From: an uncultured Aminicenantes bacterium
GTDB taxonomy: Bacteria > Acidobacteriota > Aminicenantia > UBA2199
Direction: 5' to 3'
Length of the DNA: 32,000 bases
Assembly: GCA_965195285.1 (NCBI GenBank)
Contig: CBDAFS010000036.1
Location: 1-32,000, forward strand
How positions within the stretch are numbered: position 1 is the first letter of the stretch; each line of letters begins with the position of its first letter. Under the pieces are notes generated by a model. The model was not told the DNA's origin. It was given only the letters and a program-made list of their open reading frames with translations, and did not search any database. A program made the translations under genes and the position numbers. Below, piece by piece: positions 20,075 through 27,947 of this stretch.

Positions 20075-22720
20075 ATGAATAATATTTCAGAAAAAAGAAA
20101 TGTGATCGAAACCTTCCAGCGAGCCCTGGATCAGTCTGCTTTTGTCCTCAAAGAAAATCCCGAACTCACCTTCCTCCAGATCTACAACCGCGCCCAGTGG
20201 AAAACAGAAAAAAATAAATTATTAAAGAATATACTTGATAGAGAAGAAATTAAATTCAAAAAACCCTGGTTAAAACTTATTAGCAGACCCGCAGAAAGTT
20301 CAGCTTATATACGCACTCTCACTGGCCACACTGGGTCTGTAAATGCATGTAAATTCAGTCCAGATGGTAAAAAGATTGTTTCAGCTAGCAATGATAAAAC
20401 TTTAAAAATCTGGGATGTTGAGACTGGGAAAGAGATAACTACTCTAAGAGGCCATACCAGTAGTGTGGAGGATTGTGCTTTTAGTCCTGATGGGAAAAAA
20501 ATTATCTCACGGAGTTATGGGAACACCCTCAAAATATGGGATGCAGAGACTGGAGGATTGATTACTCTGGCATGGCACACTATTGGGCTAAGCACTGGTG
20601 ACGTTTCCCTGGACAACAAAAAAATAGTCTCAGAAAATGAGTTTTTATCTGGTTTAAATTTCGGGGAAGACGAACCCGAAACTCACATGCTATTGGATGC
20701 TGAGACAGGAGAAGAATTAGCCACACTCTCAGACCACGGTAATATTGTGAATTCCTGTGGTTTCAGCCCCGATGGGGAAAAAATTATCACAGGGAGTAGA
20801 GATAACGCCCTCAAGCTGTGGAATTCAGAGACCGGTCGGAAGATTGCATCATTGTCAGGGCATACTGGTTCAGTAAACACCTGTGCCTTTAGTTCAGATG
20901 GGAAGCGTATTGTCTCTGCAAGCTTTGACAGGACTCTTAAAATCTGGAATGCTGAGAATGGCAGAGAACTTTTTACACTCAAAGGTCATAATTGTTCTGT
21001 GATTGCATGTGCTTTCAGCCCGTATGGCACTCGAATATTATCTGAAGATTCACAGAAGACAATCATACTTTGGGATGCTGAGAATGGACACAAAATAGCT
21101 ACCCTCCAAGTAGGTTATGCTGGATATGAAAATCGACCAAGATTAAAATACATCCCTCTCGTACATGCCTTTAGTTCTGATAATAGGCATTTGATTTTTG
21201 CAAGAGATTTTGACAAATCCCTAGAACTGAGGGATGCTAAATCCGGTAAAATGATTGCTACATTGATAGGGCATCCTGATGATGTTTACACCTGTGCATT
21301 TTCCCCGGATAGCAAAAAAATTGTTTCAGGAAGTAATGGTTTGAATAACAACCTCAAGCTGTGGGATACCAAGACAGGAGAAGAAATAGCCACACTCTCA
21401 GGCCACAATTGTTTTGTGAATTGCTGTGCATTTAGCCCTGATGGGAGATGTATTGTCTCTGCAAGCGATGATAAAACTCTTAAAATTTGGGATGCTGAAT
21501 CAAGAGAAGAATTAAGTCTCCCTGTGTGCCATACTAATATTGTGAATTCCTGTGCATTCAGCCCTGATGGGAGACGTATTGTCTCTTCAAGCGATGATAA
21601 AACTCTTAAGCTATGGGATGCTGGGACCGGTGAGGAACTGAGCACTCTCACAGGTCATCCCGACGTTGTGCAAGCCTGTGCTTTCAGTCCTGATGGTAGA
21701 CGAATTTTTTCTGGAGGTAGATCCCAATTTCATCTTGACCCAAATGATATAAAAAACGTAACAAAGCTCTGGGATACAGAAACAGAGATTGACATAAAGA
21801 CTTTCGAAAGTTTTCATGGCTACTTAAGAGCCTGTGCATTCAGTCCCGATGGAAAGTATATTGTTTCTGCTGGTAATACAATGGACTTAAATTTATGGGA
21901 TGCTGAAGCTGGATATGAAACAGACATACTCTCCGGTCATGGTCATTTGGTTAATGGATGTATTTTTAGTCCTGATGGTAGTTATGTGGTTTCTGCAAGT
22001 AATGACAGATCTCTCAAGATCTGGCTTACTGAGACTATTAAGGAGCTTCACACGCTCACAGGTCACCCTGATGTGGTGAATTCCTGTGCTATTTCACCTG
22101 ACGGTAAAAAAATCGTCTCAGGAAGCAATGGTTTTAATAACAACCTCAAGCTGTGGAATACCAAGTCAGGAGAGGAACTGTCCACCCTAGAAGGTCATAC
22201 TGATGATGTAAACGCCTGTACTTTTAGTCCTGATAGTAAGCATATTATCTCTGCAAGCAGAGATAAAACCCTCAAACTCTGGGATGTAAGAACTGGAAAA
22301 GAACTAACTAATCTTAAAGGATATACTTCTGCGGTGAATGCCTGTGCTTTGAGTCCTGATGGAAGACATATTGTTTTAGGGGATCATATGGGATGTATCC
22401 TCCTTCTTTCCATTGAAAATGTTAAGCATTTCATTCCTTATGTAACTTCTGTACGAATAAAGATTTTTGGAAAAAATATTTTTTGGGAAAATAATATCAA
22501 AACAACCTGTAAGTTGTGTGGTAAACGTTTTCCGGTTTCGGATGACATTCTTGATTTGATAAGATCCATTAACCGGAATGCCGGAATCACGCCTGACCAA
22601 TCTCCCTGTCTCAATCTTCCAGACGAAGCCTGGGATGATCCGGTATTGATATCCGAATGTCCCCTCTGTCATAAACCATTAAAATTTAATCCATTTATTG
22701 TGGATAATAAAGATAAATAA
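20075..22720 (+). CDS. WD40 double-propeller protein, type-B cassette 1 (about 14-15 repeats, C-terminal Cys-rich tail)
   Basis: Head MNNISEKRNVIETFQRALDQSAFVLKENPELTFLQIYNRAQW...KPWLKLISRP..YIRTLTGH. Many GHxxxVxxCAFSPDGxxIVSxSxDKTLKxWD units. Tail CKLCGKRFPVSDDILDLIRSINRNAGITPDQSPC...CPLCHKPLKFNPFIVD. Confidence 0.92.
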   Translation: MNNISEKRNVIETFQRALDQSAFVLKENPELTFLQIYNRAQWKTEKNKLLKNILDREEIKFKKPWLKLISRPAESSAYIRTLTGHTGSVNACKFSPDGKKIVSASNDKTLKIWDVETGKEITTLRGHTSSVEDCAFSPDGKKIISRSYGNTLKIWDAETGGLITLAWHTIGLSTGDVSLDNKKIVSENEFLSGLNFGEDEPETHMLLDAETGEELATLSDHGNIVNSCGFSPDGEKIITGSRDNALKLWNSETGRKIASLSGHTGSVNTCAFSSDGKRIVSASFDRTLKIWNAENGRELFTLKGHNCSVIACAFSPYGTRILSEDSQKTIILWDAENGHKIATLQVGYAGYENRPRLKYIPLVHAFSSDNRHLIFARDFDKSLELRDAKSGKMIATLIGHPDDVYTCAFSPDSKKIVSGSNGLNNNLKLWDTKTGEEIATLSGHNCFVNCCAFSPDGRCIVSASDDKTLKIWDAESREELSLPVCHTNIVNSCAFSPDGRRIVSSSDDKTLKLWDAGTGEELSTLTGHPDVVQACAFSPDGRRIFSGGRSQFHLDPNDIKNVTKLWDTETEIDIKTFESFHGYLRACAFSPDGKYIVSAGNTMDLNLWDAEAGYETDILSGHGHLVNGCIFSPDGSYVVSASNDRSLKIWLTETIKELHTLTGHPDVVNSCAISPDGKKIVSGSNGFNNNLKLWNTKSGEELSTLEGHTDDVNACTFSPDSKHIISASRDKTLKLWDVRTGKELTNLKGYTSAVNACALSPDGRHIVLGDHMGCILLLSIENVKHFIPYVTSVRIKIFGKNIFWENNIKTTCKLCGKRFPVSDDILDLIRSINRNAGITPDQSPCLNLPDEAWDDPVLISECPLCHKPLKFNPFIVDNKDK
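22532..22611 (+). repeat. 80-nt type-B tail block matching 27550..27629 with one mismatch (the first 59 nt are identical)
   Basis: By hand comparison, ccggtttcggatgacattcttgatttgataagatccattaaccggaatgccggaatcac is identical in both. A single g/t difference follows, then 20 more identical nt. Confidence 0.9.
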
Positions 22721-22767
22721 CAACGATGAAAATTAATTTAAAAATCAAATTAATTGAAAAAATATAA

Positions 22768-25047
22768 ATGGATAATTACCCAAATAAAAAATCGGTCATT
22801 GAAACTTTCCAGCGAGCCCTGGATCAATCCGCTTTTGTTTTAAAAGAAAATCCCGAACTCACCTTCCCCCAGATCTACAACCGCGCCCAGGTTCACTTCG
22901 AGGAAAATCCCTTATTGAAAACTGTAGTTCAGGAAGCGGAAAAAAAATTTATAAGACCCTGGTTTTTTATTTCAACCCCTGCCAGAGAGAGCACCGGTTA
23001 CATCCGGTCCTTCGAGGGCCACACCCGGCAGGTAAGATCCTGCGCTTTCAGTCCGGATGGAAAAAAAATTGTATCTGTAAGCTGGGATAAAACCCTCAGA
23101 ATATGGAATACCGAAACCGGAGAAGAACTCAACACCCTGATGGGTCATACCCTGAGGGTAATGGACTGCGATTTCAGCCCGGACGGCAAACTCATTGTCT
23201 CCTGCAGCATGGACAGGACCATCAGGTTGTGGGATTCACACACCGGAAACGAACTCAAGGTGCTGGATGACCAGGACCGATCGATTCGGGCCTGCGCCTT
23301 TGGTCCGAACAGCAGAGACCTACTGACGGCTGCTTCCGGCAATGAGTTCAGCCTCTGGGACATTTCATCCGGAAAGATCATTCTCACTTTTAAAGGTCAT
23401 ACAGATAGAGTTGCTGACTTTGACTTCAGCCCGGATGGGAATCGTATCGTATCGGCCAGCCATGACAAAACCCTCAAAATATGGGACAAAAATACCGGAA
23501 AGGAATTGCACAGCCTGATTGGTCATTCCGATACAGTCACATCCTGTGCCTACCGATCTGACGGGAAACAGATTGTGTCCGCCAGCAGGGATAAAACCGT
23601 CAGAACCTGGAATGCGCTGACCGGTTCCGAGCTCCTGGTCATCACCGCTCATGTGGATGAAGTCACCACCTGTACTTTTGACCCCGAAGGGTCACAAATT
23701 TTGTCCGGCAGCAAGGACACGACCCTCAAACTCTGGGATGCCCGATCCGGTAAAGAACTTTCAACTTTTCAGGGACATTTTTTCAGTGTGGACACCTGCG
23801 CTTTCAACCCTGATGGCAATTATATTCTGTCGGGAAGCGGGGACCGAACTCTGAGACTCTGGAAAGGAGATAAAAAAAGTGAAGAATCAATAACTGCCGG
23901 GGGACATACCAAAAGGGTGAACGTCTGTTCCCTCAGCCCTGACAACAAATATCTCGTAACCGGAAGCCGGGACAAAACCCTCAAGATTTGGGATGTCCAT
24001 TCCGGAGAGGAACTGGCTACCCTGAAAGGACATATCGGGGAGATACGACTTTGTCAATTCAGACCGGACGTTAAAACCTTTGTCTCGGCAGATGATTCCG
24101 TATTCAAACTCTGGGAGGCAGAGCCCGGGGAACTGCGACTCCAATTCGAAGGTTACGATGTAAACATACACCATTTTGACTTCAATTTAAACGGAACCGT
24201 CATGGTTTCTTCAAGTAACGATCATTCCCCGAAACTCTGGAATGCAGAAAATGGACAGGTCATTAAAACCTTTGAGGGCCACAATCAAATTGTATACTTC
24301 TGCTTATTCACCCCGGACAACAAAAAGATTCTTTCAGCAAGCGCTGATAAGACCATTAAGATCTGGGATGTTAAAACCGGTCGGGAACTCAAAACCCTTA
24401 CCGGGCACAACAGCGGAGTTAAGGATTGTTTTCTCAGCCCTGACAGTACGCAAATCATTTCCAGAGATTATGATGATGTTGTTAAGATATGGAATTTTAT
24501 TGAGGGGAAGGAATTGAAAAGCTATTCAGGACACTTAATTGGGGCGTTCAGCCCGGACAGCCGGTTTATTGCCCTGGGAGATACTCACCATGCCATCCGA
24601 ATCCTGGATGCACGAACCTTTGAAACGCTTTTCATCCTCCGCGGTCACAAAGATGATATCAGTGAATTCAAATTCAGTCCCAATGCCAGGTATCTTTTTT
24701 CATCCGATTTTGACCGCGCCATCCGGGTCTGGGATTTGAAAACAGGAGAGCAGTGTGCTGCTTTCAGGGGACATTCTGCCTGGATATCCTGTTTTGCCAT
24801 GACGTCTGATGAAGAAAAAATCGTGATTGGAGACAGTTCGGGCCGGGTGATATTCACCACCCTGAAAAATATTGATTTTGGACCGGCCATTGTCACGGCC
24901 TACCAGGAATCCGATCAGTTGTTCTTTTTCTGCAAATACTGCAATAAAAAAAATACTATTCCGGAATCCTCCACGAGTCAGGAAATCACCTGTACTTCCT
25001 GTGGGCAGAAAAATAAGCTAAACCCATTTACCATCAAATTGGACTAA
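22768..25047 (+). CDS. WD40 double-propeller protein, type-A cassette 2 (about 14 repeats, zinc-ribbon tail)
   Basis: Head MDNYPNKKSVIETFQRALDQSAFVLKENPELTFPQIYNRAQ...RPWFFISTP..YIRSFEGH. WD40 repeats throughout. Tail CKYCNKKN...CTSCGQKNKLNPFTIKLD. Confidence 0.92.
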   Translation: MDNYPNKKSVIETFQRALDQSAFVLKENPELTFPQIYNRAQVHFEENPLLKTVVQEAEKKFIRPWFFISTPARESTGYIRSFEGHTRQVRSCAFSPDGKKIVSVSWDKTLRIWNTETGEELNTLMGHTLRVMDCDFSPDGKLIVSCSMDRTIRLWDSHTGNELKVLDDQDRSIRACAFGPNSRDLLTAASGNEFSLWDISSGKIILTFKGHTDRVADFDFSPDGNRIVSASHDKTLKIWDKNTGKELHSLIGHSDTVTSCAYRSDGKQIVSASRDKTVRTWNALTGSELLVITAHVDEVTTCTFDPEGSQILSGSKDTTLKLWDARSGKELSTFQGHFFSVDTCAFNPDGNYILSGSGDRTLRLWKGDKKSEESITAGGHTKRVNVCSLSPDNKYLVTGSRDKTLKIWDVHSGEELATLKGHIGEIRLCQFRPDVKTFVSADDSVFKLWEAEPGELRLQFEGYDVNIHHFDFNLNGTVMVSSSNDHSPKLWNAENGQVIKTFEGHNQIVYFCLFTPDNKKILSASADKTIKIWDVKTGRELKTLTGHNSGVKDCFLSPDSTQIISRDYDDVVKIWNFIEGKELKSYSGHLIGAFSPDSRFIALGDTHHAIRILDARTFETLFILRGHKDDISEFKFSPNARYLFSSDFDRAIRVWDLKTGEQCAAFRGHSAWISCFAMTSDEEKIVIGDSSGRVIFTTLKNIDFGPAIVTAYQESDQLFFFCKYCNKKNTIPESSTSQEITCTSCGQKNKLNPFTIKLD
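24979..25043 (+). repeat. 65-nt type-A tail block, identical to 19980..20044
   Basis: Same evidence as for the partner copy. Confidence 0.9.
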
Positions 25048-25074
25048 GTATGGATATTTGATGTTTAATGAACA

Positions 25075-27738
25075 ATGAATAATATTTCAGAAAAAAGAAT
25101 AGTGATCGAAACCTTCCAGCGGGCACTGGACCAATCGGCTTTTGTCCTCAAGGAAAACCCAGAACTCACCTTCCCCCAGGTTTACAATCGGGCTCAGTGG
25201 AAAAGAGATAAAAACGAATTACTCAAAAATAAACTCGATTCAGAAGAAAAAAAATTTAAAAAGCCTTGGTTTAAAATTTTAACCAGACCCATAGAAAACG
25301 TTGCTCTTGTTCGTACATTTACCGGGCATACTGATTTCATTAGATTATGTGCCTTTAGCAATGACGGGAAGCGCATTGTATCTACAAGTGAAGATATGAT
25401 GATCATTCTCTGGAATACTGAAACTGGCGAGATTATTAGAATTCTTGATAAATTATACGACGCAAAACCTTTATGTGAATTTAGTCCGGATGGAAAACTC
25501 CTTGTCTCTACAAGCAATAAGAATACCTTAAAAATCTGGGATTCAGTAAATGGATCAGAGATAAAAACTCTTTCAGGTCATAAAGGAAGGCTAACAGCCT
25601 GCTCATTCAATCCGAACGGAAAATATATTATATCTGCAAGTGAAGATGAAACTCTTAAAATCTGGGATACCAAAACTGGAAAAGAATATAAAACTCTTAA
25701 GGGACACGGAAGTACAGTGACCAATTTTGCACTCAGTCAAGATGGAATGTTTATTGTCTCTTCAAGTCTGGATAAAACCCTGAAGCTATGGAATCTAAAA
25801 ACTGGAGAGGAAATTAGAGTTTTTTCAGGTCATAATCATTGGATAGAAGCATGCAAATTAAGCCCTGACATGAAGCGCATTATATCTATAAGCTATTTAC
25901 ATAATGGACGGAATACATTGAAATTGTGGGATGTCAAAACCGTAAAGGAAATCACCGAGCTAAAGGGGCACAGTAATAAAGTTGCAGCCTGTAACTTCAA
26001 CCTTGATGGTAGTCTTATTATCTCTGCAAGTAGTGATAGCGTCCTAAAAATATGGAATTCAAAGGACGGTCAAGAGATCAAAACCCTTAAAGGACATACT
26101 GATAGTGTTTATACTTTTGCATTCAGTCCTGATGGGAAACATATCGTATCTGCAAGTGAAGATAAGACTCTAAAGATATGGAATATAGAAAGTTGTGAGG
26201 AAGTCACTACCTTGAGGGGTCATGCTGAATTTGTATATGCCTGTTCTTTCAGTGCTGACGGGAGATATATTATTTCTGGAAGTGGAGATCATACCTTAAA
26301 ACTCTGGGATGTAAACTCCGCAATTGATATTAAATATCATGAAGGGCATACCAATGAGGTAAATGATTGTGAATTCAGTTATGACAATCATCATATCATC
26401 TCGGCTAGCAATGATAAAACCCTGAAACTTTGGGATGTTGAATCTGGGCAGGAGATCAACACTGTAAAAGGACACACTGAAGCTGTTAAAGCCTGTGTTT
26501 TTAGCCCGAATGGAAAAAAATTTTTTTCAGTTAGTGAAGATAAAAAAATCAAGATATGGAATGCCGAAAGTGGTATGGAACTTGACATGCTCGAAGGTCA
26601 CACCGAGAAGATTTATTGCTGTGCATTGAGTCCTGATGGCAGGAGAATTGTCTCTGGCGGTGGATTATTTGATTATGAAAAACCGGCATTTGGTGAATTA
26701 AAGCTGTGGGATACGGAGTCCAAAAATGAGCTTAGAACCCTCAAAGGACACACAGAACCAGTAAATATCTGTTCATTTAGTCCAGATGGAAAACATATTG
26801 TATCTGGAAGTAATGATAAAACCCTAAGGATATGGGAATCCCAGACCGGCGAAGAGATCAGCCGCTTTGAAGGTCATACCGGACATATAAGTGCCTGCGT
26901 TTTCAGCCCGGATGGCAGGCACATTGTCTCAACTGGGGGAGTTTATGACGGAAACCTTCGTATTTGGGACATTAAGACTGGGAATGAAATAATTTCTGGT
27001 TACGGGCATAGGTATGGCGTACATACATGTGATATCAGTCCAAACGGCAGGTTTTTCGTATCTTCAGGTGGAGATCAGACAATCAAATTATGGGAAGCCA
27101 AAACAGGTAGGAATGTCAATGATCTTAAAACTCACATTCAATGGGTGGGGACCTGCTCATTCAGCCCAGATGGAAAATATCTTATTGCAGCAAGCGACAG
27201 ATACAATGCCCAAAGATTTCATTCATCAAAACTTATCTCAATCTCAGCTGATACAATGAAACTTTGGAATATAAAAACAGGGATTGATAATATTACCCTT
27301 AAGGGTCATACGGGCCGTGTAAGGGTATGTAAATTCAGTCCTAGTGGAAGACGAATAGTTATTGCTGATAAATCAGGCCAAGTTTTAATCATTTCTATAG
27401 AAAATTTTGAAATATCAGTTCCAATTGTCACAGCGGTTCGACTAATACTTTTTAAGCCTATTGGGATATTTTGTAGGGCAATCACAAGAAACAGACAATA
27501 TTGGGATGAAAACATCACAGCAGTCTGTCTTTGGTGTGGGAAGCGGTTCCCGGTTTCGGATGACATTCTTGATTTGATAAGATCCATTAACCGGAATGCC
27601 GGAATCACTCCTGACCAATCTCCCTGTCTTCATCTCCCAGACGACGCCTGGGGAGAACCCAGACTTATTTCAAAATGTCCCCTCTGCCATAAACCCTTAA
27701 AATTTAATCCTTTTATCGTGGATAATCGGGATAAATAA
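25075..27738 (+). CDS. WD40 double-propeller protein, type-B cassette 2 (about 15 repeats, Cys-rich tail)
   Basis: Head MNNISEKRIVIETFQRALDQSAFVLKENPELTFPQVYNRAQW...KPWFKILTRP..LVRTFTGH. WD40 repeats throughout. Tail CLWCGKRFPVSDDILDLIRSINRNAGITPDQSPC...CPLCHKPLKFNPFIVD. Confidence 0.92.
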   Translation: MNNISEKRIVIETFQRALDQSAFVLKENPELTFPQVYNRAQWKRDKNELLKNKLDSEEKKFKKPWFKILTRPIENVALVRTFTGHTDFIRLCAFSNDGKRIVSTSEDMMIILWNTETGEIIRILDKLYDAKPLCEFSPDGKLLVSTSNKNTLKIWDSVNGSEIKTLSGHKGRLTACSFNPNGKYIISASEDETLKIWDTKTGKEYKTLKGHGSTVTNFALSQDGMFIVSSSLDKTLKLWNLKTGEEIRVFSGHNHWIEACKLSPDMKRIISISYLHNGRNTLKLWDVKTVKEITELKGHSNKVAACNFNLDGSLIISASSDSVLKIWNSKDGQEIKTLKGHTDSVYTFAFSPDGKHIVSASEDKTLKIWNIESCEEVTTLRGHAEFVYACSFSADGRYIISGSGDHTLKLWDVNSAIDIKYHEGHTNEVNDCEFSYDNHHIISASNDKTLKLWDVESGQEINTVKGHTEAVKACVFSPNGKKFFSVSEDKKIKIWNAESGMELDMLEGHTEKIYCCALSPDGRRIVSGGGLFDYEKPAFGELKLWDTESKNELRTLKGHTEPVNICSFSPDGKHIVSGSNDKTLRIWESQTGEEISRFEGHTGHISACVFSPDGRHIVSTGGVYDGNLRIWDIKTGNEIISGYGHRYGVHTCDISPNGRFFVSSGGDQTIKLWEAKTGRNVNDLKTHIQWVGTCSFSPDGKYLIAASDRYNAQRFHSSKLISISADTMKLWNIKTGIDNITLKGHTGRVRVCKFSPSGRRIVIADKSGQVLIISIENFEISVPIVTAVRLILFKPIGIFCRAITRNRQYWDENITAVCLWCGKRFPVSDDILDLIRSINRNAGITPDQSPCLHLPDDAWGEPRLISKCPLCHKPLKFNPFIVDNRDK
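27550..27629 (+). repeat. 80-nt type-B tail block matching 22532..22611
   Basis: Same evidence as for the partner copy. Confidence 0.9.
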
Positions 27739-27755
27739 AATGGTCTCAGTAATAA

Positions 27756-27932
27756 ATGAATAATTTAACAGCTAAGAGATCAGTTCTGGAAACCTTCCAG
27801 AGGGCACTGGATCAATCCACCTTTGTGTTGAAGGAAGAACCGGGGCTCACTTTTCCCCAAATTTATAACAGAGCTCAATGGAAGACTGATAAAAATATAT
27901 TATTAAAACAAAAACTTGCTAAAATATTATGA
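27756..27932 (+). pseudogene. Head-only remnant (58 codons) of a fifth WD40 cassette
   Basis: Reads MNNLTAKRSVLETFQRALDQSTFVLKEEPGLTFPQIYNRAQWKTDKNILLKQKLAKIL, then TGA at 27930..27932. It is homologous to the first ~55 codons of the four cassettes and ends before the PW...GH linker and any WD repeat. It falls below the ORF-track length cut-off. Confidence 0.65.
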
Positions 27933-27947
27933 ATAAGAGAGGGAAAA

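Noticed and set aside
20683-21651. Antisense ORFs within the WD40 genes (for example 20683..20982, 21286..21651, 18209..18598, 25194..25517, 23145..23387)
   Set aside because: They lie fully inside much longer sense ORFs with clear domain content. Their products are repetitive mirror images of the WD repeats (..LRVLSSL.ETIRLPSGLNAQ..). None has an SD site.
18102-27738. Strong ~126-nt periodic repetition that could be mistaken for a CRISPR or other non-coding tandem array
   Set aside because: The period equals one 42-aa WD40 unit. The repeats lie inside long uninterrupted ORFs that translate to canonical GH...WD blades. There are no short identical direct repeats separated by unique spacers.
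7209-27932. Diversity-generating retroelement, shufflon or invertase-driven switching as the cause of the conserved-end, variable-core cassettes
   Set aside because: No reverse transcriptase, template/variable repeat pair with adenine-specific differences, site-specific recombinase or inverted crossover sites are visible in the window. Homologous recombination or gene conversion remains the only mechanism the sequence supports.
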